This document shows, piece by piece, positions 26,770 to 41,607 of a stretch of 64,000 nucleotides of DNA. This DNA comes from Octopus vulgaris (Eukaryota): the NCBI GenBank assembly GCA_951406725.2, contig OX597834.1, positions 33,604,001 to 33,668,000 on the forward strand, read 5' to 3'. The notes beneath the pieces were generated by a model. That model did not search any database. It was not told the origin of the DNA and was given only the letters and a program-made list of their open reading frames with translations. The translations under genes and the position numbers were made by a program. Every line of letters begins with the position of its first letter. The stretch's first letter is position 1.

Positions 26770-27270
26770 CATACATGAGGAGTTAAAAAACTATATAGCC
26801 AGTACAGTGTATAGAATGTCTTTTACTTGCAGACAATTATCCAAAGTGTGGAATCCTCTGCATATAAGGAAGAAGGCGCCAGTTGCCTGATCCACCACTG
26901 CCAACACTATAATCACATCTGACACACCCTTCATTATAACAATGTGAAAACAATCTTAAGCATTCTTTTTCTCTTGAGACATAGAACATGGAACTAGTTT
27001 TATACTTATTTTGAAAGACCTTTTGCATTTTTCATTAATGCAAGCATGTAAGTAATTGATTTATTGTTAAATATTATAATATAAATTATTTACATGCTTT
27101 TAAGTTATGAAACAATTAGAATTTTCTTATTGTTAAATAACATTTCATCAAACTACTTCTTTGCCATTTATGATTTATACATATATATATAGTGAAAAGT
27201 TTGTTATAGGTATAAAACACCATAAACAATTATAAAAATAGAGAATATATATATATATATATATATATAT

Positions 27271-28289
27271 GGATTGAGGACTTTTTGTCTAAAACACTTT
27301 AATCTAATGCACTATGGTCTAAAGAACTTTGGTCTAAAGTGACTTTTGTATAAATACACTATAGTCTAAAGACATTTTTGTCTAAATGCCCTTTGGTATA
27401 AAGACATTTTTGTTTAATAGCAGTTTTGTCTATAGAATCCCCTCCCCACCCCAAAAAATTGTGAAAAGTTCTAAATAACTATAATTAATAATTCTTTTTG
27501 CACAAAGAACTATCATCTAATGATTATTTCGGTATAATGACTTGATTGTTTTATAACATCTTTTACCAAATATATACAATTCATGCAGAAATCCATGGTG
27601 AAATACATCCGTTTGTTTTTGTATTGCTACTAGGGAAGTTGGAAGAAATTTACGTTAAAATATATGCTCTTGTAGAAGGAATGGAAACTCACGGAATTGA
27701 AAATGACATAACAGAGGTGAGCATAGACTTTGGACTGGCAGCTTGAAAAGCATTTTTACATGTTTTTGGTGATATTGCTTTGCATTTCTGTTTTTTCCAT
27801 TTCTGCCAATCAACTTGGAGAAAAATTCAGCCATTGGGACTCGTAAAGTTTTATGATAATGATATAGACTTTTCTTTATTCTGTCAAAAAGAAAAAAAGT
27901 GAATGCTTCGGCCTTTCTGCCTGTTGCTGTTGTACCAATAGGACTGCAATGCTTGAAACAGAATGCGCCTGAAAACACATTGCTGTTTATTGAATACATA
28001 GAAAATACTTTTGTAAAAGGAATGCTATAATGAAATGGAAGATGGTCAAAGCCACTATTTTCAATACCCGAATGGAATGTTTATGAGTTCACACTATTGA
28101 ATCATGGCATAGGCAATTTAGTGTCTTATTCAAATCATATTCAAATCCATATAATGTTCTTGATGTTCGAAGAAGCGAAGAACAAATAATCAAAACAAGG
28201 TATACCTAACTTAAGTGTCATTTTACCAAAGTGTCATTATACCAAGGTGTCTTTAGATGAAAGTCTCTTTAAGACCAAAGTGCCATATC

Positions 28290-28290
<1 letters not shown>
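27271..28290 (+). mobile_element. Decayed Mutator-like (MULE) element with tandem-repeat subterminal arrays
   Basis: Transposase remnants FYQIYTIH..PFVFVLL..K.EEIY..IDFGLAA, then CFFHFCQSTWRKIQ (about 27785-27830). Arrays of ~15-bp units (cactttggtctaaa-like) on the left and their reverse complements on the right. Ends GGAT..ATCC within (TA)n. Confidence 0.8.
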
Positions 28291-28322
<32 letters not shown>

Positions 28323-29934
28323 GATGCATATATACTCTTTTAATAATTTCAGCCATGTGGCTGTGGTCATGCTGGAGCACCACTATGATAAAAGAAGACC
28401 CTTGGTGTCCTTCGCCCAAAAGGTGGAAATGAACCACTCTGATGTCAGTCAGATACAGGTTTGAAACCTGCACTCCAGTCTATATATATGGACCCTTTTG
28501 ATTTTTATTTTGCTCTACAGGACACCCGTGTTAAGAAAAAAATCCTGTTATATTTATATAATCAAATAGGCATAGACATGGCTGTGTGATAAGAAGCTCG
28601 CTTCCCAACCACATGGTTTCAGGTTCAGTCCCACTGCATGACACCTTGGGCAAGTGTCTTGTACTATAGTCCTGGGAAGCAAGCTTCTTACTCCAAAGCT
28701 ATGTTTGTATAAAAAATTCTTAAACTATTTTGTATATTGTGGATGTATAGACTTTACCCACAAGATCTAAAAGTCATATGGATCCCTAAAGATCATATGG
28801 ACCTCAACTGAGAACCATTGCTTGAAGCTCTGAGCACATGGCACCAAGCTGTCTTCCTCTCTACTATTACTCCCACTCTTTTGAGGGGATCTTTTGATTT
28901 GTGAATTACATGGTGACCTCACTAGTGTTGGTGCCACAAAAAAAAGAAACATCTGGGGCATTCTGTAAAGTGGATGGCATTGGGAAGGGCATCCAACCAT
29001 AGAAGCCAATGCAAAGCAGACATTGCAGCTAGATGCATTTCACTGGAAGATGAATGTTAAAAGATGATGATGATGAAGATGATGATGATGATGACAATGC
29101 TGCTGCTGCTGCTGCTGATAATGATGATTGTAGTGGTGATGGTGATGATGATGATGATGGTGATGGTGGTGGTGATGGTGGTGATAATGATGAAGATGAT
29201 GATGATGATGATGACGGTGGTGATGATGATGACGGTGGTGATGATGGTGGTAGTGATGGTGATGATAATTGTAGTGGTAGTGGTGATAATGATGAAGATG
29301 ATGATGATAATTACAACGACAACGACGACGATGATGATGATTGTAGTGGTGGTGATGGTGACTGAGGCGGTGGTGATGACGTCGCCGATGATGATGAAGA
29401 TGATGATGATGATGTAATGTTATGCAATTGCTCGTTAGCTGCAAGGTCCATGTCTCAGGAGAGGAAGAACATGTAAGCTTTACTTTTACATTGTTTTTAA
29501 AGAAGGGTGTGACTGTTGTTGCTGATGTTGTGGTGGTGCATCAGGTAACTGGCGCCTTCTTCATCATTCTCTGAGGATTCCTCCCACACCGGAAATGGTC
29601 TGGGAAAAAGGAATGACATGTTATGCGTCAAGCTGGGTATATCACTTTATCCCTGCACTTACGTGCATGCGCATGTGTATCTATATATATATATTTATCT
29701 CTATATCTATCTTGCTATCTATCAAATACACACACAAACATTTATACAACACATACACACACACATACATTTATATGTGTGTGTGTGTATGTGTGTGTGT
29801 GTGTGTGTCTGTGTGTGCGTCTATGTCTTTGTATATATAGATATATTTGAGTTTGTGTGTTGAAGCATATTCTGTTGTGTCTGGGGAGAGTAATTTTCTT
29901 TTTGTGCCTTATTATGTAACACACTCACCGGTGA

Positions 29935-30051
29935 AATAGATAGACAGACAGACAGACAAATAGATAGACAAACAGACAGACAGATAGATAGACTGACAGA
30001 TAGGCAAATAGATAGATAGAGAGGTAGACAGACAGAGACAGACAGACAGAC

Positions 30052-30111
<60 letters not shown>

Positions 30112-30238
30112 GGATGGGTGGATGGATGGATAGACAGTCAGATGGATGGACAGAAAGACAGACAGATAGACAGATGATGGATGGAAGGATAACAGGCAGA
30201 CAGATAGATAGACAGATAGATAGATAGATAGATAGATG

Positions 30239-30333
<95 letters not shown>

Positions 30334-30335
30334 GG
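29935..30335 (+). repeat. (GATA/GACA)n microsatellite
   Basis: Direct inspection. Confidence 0.95.
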
Positions 30336-31009
30336 ATCGATACACATATCCCTATCAGCTCTCGCTATCATCTCTGCCATCACCACTAACACTACTACTG
30401 TAACACAATGCTATGACTACAAGTGGTCACTTGATCTGCTAGAAATAGCAACTATAGCTTCCTCAAATTACATTCTATTGTCTTGGAGTAATACATTGAG
30501 TAACACATTTGACTGCATAATCTGCAATAGGTAATATCTAAGAGAATGATGGCAGATGGGTTATGACTCAGTGGCTTGCTCAACCAGAGCTCACCTGTGA
30601 TAAACAACCAGCCTACCAACCAAGTAATCAACCAACTAACAAACCAACCTACCAACCAGCCAATTAATTACCTAACCAATTAATACCATTTAATTAACTA
30701 ACCAATTAATTAACTAACCAATTAATACCATTTAATTAACTAACCAATTAATACCATTTAATTAACTAACCAATTAATTAACTAACCAATTAATAAACCA
30801 ACCAACCAGCCAAGCAGTCAACCAGCCAATTAACTGATTAATCAACTAACCAACCAACCAACCAATTAACTAATTGACCAATTAACCAGTCAACCAATCA
30901 ACTGATTAATTAACTAACCAACCAGTCAAACAGCCAACCAAACAATGACTAAACATCGCAGCTAGCAAGCACCACAGCCACTGCTCCCTTCACCACCGAC
31001 TCTATACTA

Positions 31010-31243
31010 TATGTTTCTTTATCGCCCACAAGGGGCTAAACACAGAGGGGACAAACAAGGACAGACAAACGAATTAAGTCGATTACATCGACTCCAGTGC
31101 GTAACTGGTACTTATTTTATCGACCCCGAAAGGATGAAAGGCAAAGTCGACCTCGGCGGAATTTGAACTCAGAACGTAACGGCAGACGAAATACGGCTAC
31201 ACATTTCGCCCGGCGTGCTAACGGTTCTGCCAGCTCGCCGCCT
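31010..31243 (-). mobile_element. tRNA-derived SINE family B (representative copy)
   Basis: ggcggcgagctggcagaaccgttagcacgccggg...gagttcaaattcc..gaggtcgactttgcctttcatcctttcggggtcgataaa. Other copies at about 13160-13365, 13740-13940, 14430-14660, 56540-56960, 57638-58045, 58280-58445 and 63715-64000. Confidence 0.85.
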
Positions 31244-31643
31244 TTACTGACTCTATACCATAGCCATCACCACAACCATTATCAACAAACCATCAACACT
31301 ACATCACCACCTTCCCCAATGCAACACACTACCAATACTACAACGACGACAACCACTAATACCACCACCACCACCACCAGCATCACCACCACCACCAGCA
31401 TCACCACCACTAAAACGCCCTCTATGGCCCACAGTTTGTTAAAATAATGTCAACGTGGTGTGTGTATCTATGCATATGAGTGTATATGTATACCCTTGTG
31501 TACGCATCCAGTGTGTATAAGTATTACATTACTATTTTTTGTTCTTCTCAGCAGGGTTCCATGTTTAATGGATACAAACCTGTCCCTTTGTTTAGTCTAC
31601 AATTAGGTGTGTGTGTGTGCATGTGTGTGTGTGCATGCGTATG

Positions 31644-31688
<45 letters not shown>

Positions 31689-32393
31689 ACTAACCTCTCC
31701 ACTGCCACGACTCCCTCTACCACCGCCACTACCATCGCTACTGGCACCGTCACTAGCACCGCAGCAAACACAATGACGGTGATGACCGCCACCAGCACCA
31801 CTAGTTTCCATGACGACCACCACTACGACTACCACCACGGCTACTAGCCCAAAGCACCACAAGTACCATCGCTGACCCCATGACAATCACGAGGATCCCC
31901 ACTATAACCACCAATACCGCACAAGCAATATGTATGTTTGTGTGTCTGTGTTTTCACCCCCCCCCAACATCGCTTGACAACCGATGGTAGTGTGTTTACG
32001 TCCCCGTAACGTAGCGGTTCGGCAAAAGAGAACCAATAGAATAAGTACTAGGCTTACAAAGAATAAATCTTGGGGTCGATTTGCTCGACCAAAGGAGGTG
32101 CTTCAGCATGGCCGCAGTCAAATGACAGAAACAAGTAAAAGAGTTTCTGTGAGAGTTAGAGGTTGGGAAGCCAACTAAATACCTCTCCAATATTCTACTG
32201 GTAGTGAACCCAATTATTCATACCCAAATGCTGGTCATTGCGTGGCAATCTCGCAATTGAGAGTCATATATGGGCAGGATATATATATATATATAGTTAA
32301 TCCACACAAGAAGTCACAAATAAACACAACAACGCGAGGACGTGGAACAAATATAGTATTATTGGACGCTCAGGAAAGAAGGAAAGAAGGAGG

Positions 32394-32428
32394 GTTTAAC
32401 GTTTCGAGCGGAGCTCTTCGTCGGAAAC
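32394..32428 (-). ncRNA. Minimal hammerhead-like motif
   Basis: gttt CCGACGA A gagc tcc gctc GAAAC GTT aaac. Same architecture as 49969-50004 with a compensatory stem I (gttt/aaac). Confidence 0.55.
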
Positions 32429-33426
32429 ATAGGAGAAGGAAAGATCCAGAGAAGGGAAGACAGAGGAAAAAAATCGCCAACGAATTCTCGGACAAAGCGG
32501 TGCGTTGTGCTCGGGAGCAAAACACTTAATTTCAATTTGCTCAAGTCCACTCCATTGTAAGTGAGTAAACCCGCAATAGACTGGCGTCCCCTTTAAGGTC
32601 AATGTTGTAATCTAGGTCATGGAAACCGAATAACCGGGCCCTATAAGCCCTAAGATTCAAGACACTTCTTGTGGTTGGTGTTAATGCGCTCGTGCTGAAA
32701 TTTAACGATTATTCGACCGCAGATTGAATAACATCGAAATAACAGCCATATTTGTTAGGCTAATTGCGAAAGAGAGACGTCGGGCGACGTTTTATATTGC
32801 AGTGAATGGTAAAAGACAAAGAGTTAATTAAATGGCCAAAAGGTCGTAATTATTTAAGGATATGATGGTTATTCACTTATTCCACTGCTGTTGCATGCTT
32901 TACAAATCGTTGGCGACTCTGATATGTAATTACTTAAGCGCGCATATAAGATACGAATATACTGCCATTATGCAACTTTACAATAGTTAATTGGTTTCTG
33001 CCCGGGGATATGTACAATATATATATATATATCTGCGCATACATACGCTCATAATTATATATAATATGTATGCACACACACACATGCACACATATAATCG
33101 GTGCAATTGAAATATGCGTTGGTCTTTGCGAGGCGATATATAAATTAAAGAATTAAAGGTAACGCTATGCAACTTCGTAGTAACCTTTATTATTAATAAT
33201 ATTAATATATATATATATAAACATGCATGTATGTGTGCATGTACAAACATACATACGCACACATATGTACGTGTGTGTGTATGTATGTATGCGTGTCCAT
33301 ATACAATCTAAAGATTGTATAAATATACAATAATACACTTTAAAAGAGAGACTCAGCTAGAGGGGTAGCTAGCGAGATTAATAGACTGATAGATAGATAG
33401 ATCGATATATATATATATATACATAT

Positions 33427-33463
<37 letters not shown>

Positions 33464-34454
33464 CATACATATATATATATAGATAGATAGATAGATCGAT
33501 ATATATATATATATACATATACAAATATATATATATATATAGATAGATAGATAGATAGATAGAAACATAGCAAAATGGGAGAGGGAAAGTAAAAATAATC
33601 CAGACGTGATGACGTCATAGGTATGTCGTGTTTTTTTTTGAAGACGTATTTTTTTGAGTCCGTTGTATACACCCAGTCATTACGTAAATATAATAAATCT
33701 TGGTATATAGACAGCTAGGTGTGAGCTATGGTAGTGGGTTGTGAATGCTTATGTGAACAAATATGTATAGAATTTTCGTTACCTATATTATTTGCATGTA
33801 TGTATGTATGTATGTATGTATGTATGTATATATTAGCATGTATGTATATTTATATGCATACACGTACACGGTATATCAACTTTGTTGATTTAGGGAAACC
33901 TGTTGTCATGGTCGAATGGAAATATATCATGGAGAATTCAGGAAATGTTGGGGGTACCCCGTTAAGGATGTCGATATCTTTTTTACTCTTATACTCTTGT
34001 ATGAAAATCTACTTCATTTCGAATGGTATTTTCCTGTTTGATCCGATTCTTGTAGAAAATGATGTCATCAAGGATACATACACACATACTCTCTCTCTCT
34101 CTCTTTACTGTGACCGTACTCAGTCGATGGCGATCCTAATTTTGCGAACCACGAAGCGATCTCATTAATACTGTCACGAAAAAAAAAACCCCCCAAAAAA
34201 CCCCAGCAATGCTGCAAATTAGTTGGCATTAGGGAGGGTATCCAGCTGCAGAAACATGCCAAAGCAGACATTCGAGTTCGATGCAGTCCTTCAATCGTTG
34301 GATCCTGTCCTGTCCTGTCAAATCACCCAACCTATGCCAGCATGGCATCGTAAAAATGATGACGACCACGACCCCGAAAGACACACACAAACACATATAT
34401 GTGTGTATGTATGTATACGTATTTGTGTATGTATATACATATATATATATGTAT

Positions 34455-34506
<52 letters not shown>

Positions 34507-34734
34507 TAATAAATAACTACATGTATATATACATGCATATATAAATATATATACGTGTGTACAGGACACCACAAATAGACGTAGAACTCAACGAGAAACG
34601 AAAACGTAAAAACAGCATGGAACGGACCATTCCTTTAACAACGGTATGTATGTATGTATGTATGTATGTATACGTATTTGTATATGTATATATATAGACA
34701 TATATAAATCTATGTGCAGATGTGTGTATGTACA

Positions 34735-34771
<37 letters not shown>

Positions 34772-35361
34772 ACATGCAGTAGTAGTAATTATCCATGCAA
34801 TCCCAAGACTAGGCCTCTCTGTCCAGTATTGCACAACAGGCAATCGATTGAACTATTGAAAACAAAACGCTTCCAAGCTGAAGCCAAGACTTCTTCTGTA
34901 GCTCGTAGTTTGTAATTTATTATAAACTGACGCATTTTATTGCCACTTACTGTACACAAGTTGTTTCGGTTCAATGGGAATACCATATAATAAATACATA
35001 AATAAACAAACAAAGAAACAAATTAATAAAATTGAAGTAAAAGAAATGAAACACATTTCTTCTTCAAAATGTTAATTATCTTCGAAACATCTTCATTGTA
35101 TTTTGAATACGCTTCTCCCGACTTTTATTTTGGTGGTAAGGGAACTGGCTTTAGTGCTTTTGCACTCAAGGTGATCCAGAAGGAAAATAAGTTGCTTACA
35201 GCTACCACAAGCGAACTTTATGTAGAACCAAACTACACTTGTTCAAACGACCATACTTGATGTGATGAGTTCGTTTTGGGTTATTCTTCAACGGCTGAGA
35301 CACAGAAGCCATATTCACGACACATAAAAATTTTCCAAGGACTCCACCTGAAGACTTGAAG

Positions 35362-35442
<81 letters not shown>

Positions 35443-35526
35443 AGCACACACACGCGCGCCGACGAAAGTTTTCACGAATGTAAAGAACTAGTTCTACAAG
35501 CCATTTGAAATCTATCTATCTACCCA

Positions 35527-35581
<55 letters not shown>

Positions 35582-35814
35582 GTCTATCTATCTATCTATC
35601 TATCTATCTATTTATCTGTCTATCTATCTATCTGTCTATCTATCTATCTGTCGATACGCACATACATTTATATGTATATGTATATGTAGATATGTGAATG
35701 CGTATATTCACATACGCGCACACGCTCGCACGCACACACATACGTACATCCAAACGCACGCACTCGCACATACAGAAAGTGTGTGTCTGCACGCGCACGT
35801 CAGTATGTGTGTGA

Positions 35815-36097
35815 TTGTGCGTATGTATGTATGTATGTATGTATGTATGTATGTATGTATGTATGTATGTATGTATGTATGTACGTACGTATGTATGTAT
35901 GTTTGTATGTATGTATGTATGTATGTTTGTATGTATGTATGTATGTGTGTGTGTATGTATGTATGTATGTATGTATGTATGTATGTATGTATGTGTGTAT
36001 GTATGTATGTATGTATGTATGTATGTGTATGTATGTATGTATGTATGTATGTTTGTATGTATGTATGTATGTATGTATGTATGTATGTATGTATGTA

Positions 36098-36128
<31 letters not shown>

Positions 36129-36231
36129 ATGTATGTATGTATGTATGTATGTATGTATGTGTGTGTATGTATGTATGTATGTATGTATGTATGTATGTAT
36201 GTTTGTATGTATGTATGTATGTATGTATGTA

Positions 36232-36262
<31 letters not shown>

Positions 36263-36475
36263 ATGTATGTATGTATGTATGTATGTGTGTATGTATGTAT
36301 GTATGTATGTGTGTGTATGTATGTATGTATGTACGTATGTATGTATGTATGTTTGTATGTATGTATGTATGTATGTTTGTATGTATGTTTGTATGTATGT
36401 ATGTATGTATGTATGTATGTATGTTTGTATGTATGTATGTATGTATGTATGTATGTTTGTATGTATGTATGTATG
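35815..36475 (+). repeat. Long (TATG)n microsatellite
   Basis: About 660 bp of TATG with TG interruptions; it accounts for the 225-364 aa spurious ORFs. Confidence 0.95.
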
Positions 36476-37773
36476 GCTACGTATGCACATAAACAGAGGC
36501 AAAGCTTTGATATCGGAGTCATCTGTCGTGTCAACACATAATGTGGAGCCGATTGAAAATGGCTGTTGTCATCGGGAAACCGTCGCCATTGTTACTTGAC
36601 GATGTAGACACATAATGCATACAAAGCACACACACACACACACACACAGAGAGAAACACAAAAAAACGCATACACATACACACACATAAACTCCCCTCAC
36701 ACACATAATCCCCCCCCCATACACACACACACACGACATCTATGTTTACGTGACGAATATTTTGGAAGGGAATATGTGTGTGTTCAAGGATTGGCTTGGA
36801 GTCAGTTTGTTCCGTGGGACTTCCTATTTTAGTGAAGGAGAGAAGGCAAAGCCTATTGCGATACCATTTCCTAGCAACACTGTTCGCCATTAAGCGATAC
36901 CCTAGATGCCCCTTTGTATAACATCCCCGTCAGCAAGGTAATTAATTGCATTGGTATACTCAAACCTCTTTAGAAATGTGAGTTTCATTTACGTCACATG
37001 CAATGAGGACTCACACCAGAACGTGACATTAACAAATATGAGTCTTCGTTAGATATTGCAATGTTAAGAAAAGCGAGCCCGCTTTCGCTAAGAGTCATCT
37101 CCAACACGAGCAGTCATCAAAGTATGGCACCTAACATATTTAGGTCGGCCCTAGATGCCATTGACTTCTACAATAGACATGGACCAACGAATGTGAGGGA
37201 ATTTGGTTGATAGAAATTGTGTATAAGTCCGTAGTATAACATATATATATAGCGCTTTCTCTGTTTTCAGCTTTTCAAACACACAAGGCATAAGGCTGCA
37301 AACAGTGGAAGTGCTTGCACCAAAACTGCCTTCTGTTTTCTTTAAAGATAATATATTGTGAGATAATATATTGTAATTTAAGAAAGAGCTTTTCTATAAA
37401 ACATCGTGACACATGGACACACAAACACACACAATTTGTGTGTAGACTTATACATACATACCTTCATACATATATACATTCACAAATATAAATATATATA
37501 CATCTATGTATGAATGTATGTATGTATGTATGTATGTATGTATGTATGTATGTATGTATGTATGTATGTATGTATGTATGTATGTATGTATATATATGTA
37601 TGCATGTATGTATGTGTGTGTATATAAATATAGTTTTAGATTTGTGTAAATATATATATATATAAAGATATATATATATATACATACTTACATTTATATA
37701 CCAATACATACACACACACACATGTATATATATATATATATACACATGCATACATATAGACGTATACATATAA

Positions 37774-37818
<45 letters not shown>

Positions 37819-37982
37819 TATATATGTATAAATATAATAATAATATACAAACACATACATATGAATATATACAAATGCATATATATACATATACACATAC
37901 ATATATATATGTAAACACATACATATATACCTACATGTATGTGTGTGTGTGTATGTGTGTGCGTGTGTGTGTGTATGCGTGT

Positions 37983-38022
<40 letters not shown>

Positions 38023-38497
38023 ATGCAAATAATACAACTCACACGTACTGACATTTGTCAGTTCCAACAAAGTAAAGTAGAAAACGAGGAAATATCTCCT
38101 GAAATATGCTTAAGTTTGGGTTTTTCTAAACGGACATGTTGACCTCTTTAAAAAATGTCGCCCCGAAAATATGTCTGAAGGCGTAACCCCTGTTATTCGA
38201 TCTAAACACAACAAATATCTGAATTAACTAAGTATTATTGGCCCATAATGGATCATAAAAATTAACAACAAAATATATAAAAAAAAACCTCTCCGTTATA
38301 TGTTTTTCTTTTATTTACTTTTGTCATTCTGAAAAACGTTTTAACGTTTTTTTCTATGTAAAAGTTTATTTTCCTTGTTCTTTTTTGCGGTGTCGTTATC
38401 AGTATATGAGCATATGTGTGTGTGTGTGTGTGTGTGTAAATTTTTATGTATGTATATATATATATATATATACATTATATATATACATATATAATAC

Positions 38498-38535
<38 letters not shown>

Positions 38536-39214
38536 TATATATATATATACATATATGTATATATATATATATGTGTGTGTGTATTTATAATATATATATA
38601 TATATATACACACACACACGCACATGCACATATTATGTATATGGATAGATGTATGTGCGTATGTATATGTATACATAAATATATATATATATTGCATATA
38701 TATATATATATATATATTGCATATATATATATATATATATATTGCATATATATATATAAATATATGTATATATGTATGTATGTATATATATATACTTTTT
38801 TAAAGTCTTTAGCTTTCTTCTTGATCACAAGTCCAGACTTTTCACATAAATCTTAACTGTCGGCTGTTTTAAAAACCAGACATTCAGTCAAATATCTCGA
38901 AACTCCGTAAACTGCATAAACCACACAAGATACAGTCAAATCCAGAGACGGTGTTTGTATCGAAGTGGTTGGGGTTAGCTAGGAAAAGTGTGTTTAGTAA
39001 AAAATTCACATTATTTTAGCTATTCCAAACATTCTTTAGAAATGCCTGTATTTTTTTTTAACCATTTTCACAAACTTTTTCATAGAAAAGACATCGACAC
39101 TTTGTCGTGCACATAGGCAAGCGTCCAGAGTCGCCATCGTTATACCATTTTCTCTGCATAGATTTCTTCAGGTAAAAAAGGGGGAAGAAAAAAAAAAAGA
39201 GGCAGAAATATATA

Positions 39215-40492
39215 TTGGGTTGGCAACTAAGTTCCTGTCGTTTTTTAATATTTAAATTTTTTAAAAAGGTTTAATAAAAAGTAACAACTAATTAATCAAT
39301 TATGTATTCACCCCTGTTGTTTAGAACTTCTTCCCAACGTTCAACAAGATTTTCAATATCTCGTTGGTAGAAATCACTCGATTTCGACTCGAAAAATTGA
39401 TCGAACCAAGCTCTCAATTCTGCATCATTATTGAACGAAACTCCGCGCATAACATTTGAAAGAAATCGAAAGAGATGGATACCCGTTAGTGCCAAATCAA
39501 GAGAGTACGGCGGGTGTGGCAGCACTTCCTAGCCATGCGTTTGAATGGCTTCCTTGGTCATATTGGCAATATGAGGGTAGGCATTGTCGTGCAGCAGAAC
39601 TCCATTAGGTCTTTTCTCTTGAATAGCCGTGTTGAGTCGTTCCATCAGTTGAACACAGATTTCCGCGTTGACCGTTTGGTTCCGTTCAAACAATTCGTAA
39701 TGGATAATCCCTTCATGTCCCACCATACGCATAACATCGTTTTAGGCGGATGAAGATCTTGTTTCACGCGCGGTGTCGCTTGTTCACCGGGGCTAAGCCA
39801 TTCCTTATGCTGCTTCATATTGATGTACAGGCACCATTTTTCGTCGCCAGTAACGATTCGGTAAAGAAATCGTTGCTTGTGTCCATGAGTTGAGCGGTGA
39901 CGAGCAAGCAAAACTGCGGAGATTGTGGCTCGTTGATTCTTGTTGTTGTCACTTAAAGCATGCGGAACCCATGCGCCATACTTCTGAACCTTTCCCATCG
40001 AGTGAAGACGCTTCTCTATAGCAGTGTGGGAGCATTCCATTTTCTCTGTTAGTTCCCTTGTCGATTGACGAGAATTTTCGTGCAAAAGTTGGCTTAATCG
40101 CTCTTCATCGAACTCAAGTGGACGGTCAGAACAAGGTGCGTCTTTGAGATCAAAATTTCCGTTTTTGAACTTGGCATACCAATCACGAGCGGTTCTTTCA
40201 GCTATGGCACCCTCTCCATACACAGCACAAATGTCGCGAGCAGCTTTTGCGGCCTTAGAACCGATTAAAAGCAAAGAGAAGGAGGTGTCGAAAATGCTCG
40301 TTTTTCTTAACTTGACATTCCGTTTTAATGATCTGAAAATAAACAAAAATTAACTAAAATTGACTAGAAAGAAAAATAGATTCCAAAATGATTCAAAAAT
40401 AGAATTCTCGCAAAAAATAGATTCCAAAATTTAAAAACGCAATAAATTCCAAAATTAAAAAAAACCCGGCGGGAACTTAGTTGCCAACTCAA
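39215..40492 (-). mobile_element. Full-length decayed mariner DNA transposon (different family from the 17.5 kb copy)
   Basis: TIRs ttgggttggcaactaagttcc / ggaacttagttgccaactcaa with TA flanks. ORF pieces 39645..40346 (WVPHAL, IVTGDEKW), 39529..39732 (HDNAYPH) and 39292..39525 (YSLDLA). Confidence 0.95.
39292..40320 (-). pseudogene. Frameshifted mariner transposase
   Basis: HTH region and catalytic-domain motifs are split over three reading frames. Confidence 0.9.
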
Positions 40493-40634
40493 TATATACT
40501 GAGAGTTACTGTGTGTGACATGCTTTTCAAAAATGGTATAGCACTCGATGAGTTAAGAGAGTAAAGATATTATTATAAGAAAATCCGAAGCCCAATAAAA
40601 GTAAAAAGCCTTGTGAAATACAACCTGCAAACAC

Positions 40635-40726
<92 letters not shown>

Positions 40727-40729
<3 letters not shown>

Positions 40730-41572
40730 TGCAGTGAATATATTGCCGTCTAAATTAAGCAAAAATGAAAATAACACTGACATTATTTTAGCAGATATAT
40801 TTACCAAAATTACGTAAAAATATCTTGAAATACTAAAGAGTAAATTTATTCAATAAAATCGCCATTGGCTTCAACCACGGCCTCTAGACAACTTCGGAAT
40901 CTCCTGCAACTCTTCTGGACAATCTCTCTGTTTAAGTTGGTGAGTGCTGCCATAATCCTTGCCTTCAGTTCACCTTTGATGTTACAAGGAGTTTTGTTGG
41001 TCTCTCGCTCCATTGTACATCATGAATAATAATCAAGGGAGTTGCAGTCTGGGTAGTTAGGTGGCTAGGTGTTAGGGGTGATGTGGTCTCAGAAATTGTG
41101 TGACAGCCATGACTGGGTTCTCCTGCTTGTGCAGAAATAGGGTCTTCCAGTAGCCACCCTCTTGACCCAGGGCAGCACTTGATGTAGGCCTCCGTATTGA
41201 GTCTGAGGCCGTTTGGGAAGATGAATGGAGGCATAATGTCACCATGATTAGTGATCACTCCAAACACCATGATGTTGACTAGATGTTTGATTTTTCTCAC
41301 TCTCGGTCCATGTCTTGGGGACACGGCAAGCCAACGGTTGCTTTCTGTGTTCACCATCTTTTCGTATTGGAGCTTCCGGTGCGAATGCCAAGCAGTACAG
41401 CATGTTGTTTCCAAATTTCTGGCAGAGTGAACTGTGTCATGGTGTTGTTTATCTTACAGACGGTGCCCAACTGACCCTACTATACTGTGTCGTCGACAAA
41501 ATGAAAAAACAAGCAATGCGCATACGCAAAATAAAAAATATAAAATGGCGACAATTTACCCACCGCACGCTC

Positions 41573-41574
<2 letters not shown>
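40727..41574 (-). mobile_element. Internally deleted Tc1/mariner-superfamily element (maT/DD37D-like)
   Basis: Remnant MVFGVITNHGDIMPPFIFPNGLRLNTEAYIKC, plus a degenerate PPNxPDCN..DYY motif near 41030-41070. Imperfect terminal similarity tgcagtgaatatattgccgtc / ggcgacaatttacccaccgca. Confidence 0.75.

Positions 41575-41607
<33 letters not shown>

Noticed and set aside
27271-27440. CRISPR-like array of short repeats
   Set aside because: Units are contiguous without unique spacers, the context is eukaryotic, and the array is explained as a MULE terminus.
29040-29444. Asp/Gly-rich or His-rich ORFs
   Set aside because: Expanded (GAT)n tail of a SINE C copy.
35505-36599. 364-aa ORF and overlapping MYVC/HTYI ORFs
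   Set aside because: Translation of the (TATG)n microsatellite. The same applies to the many [12 protein letters not shown] ORFs in the track.
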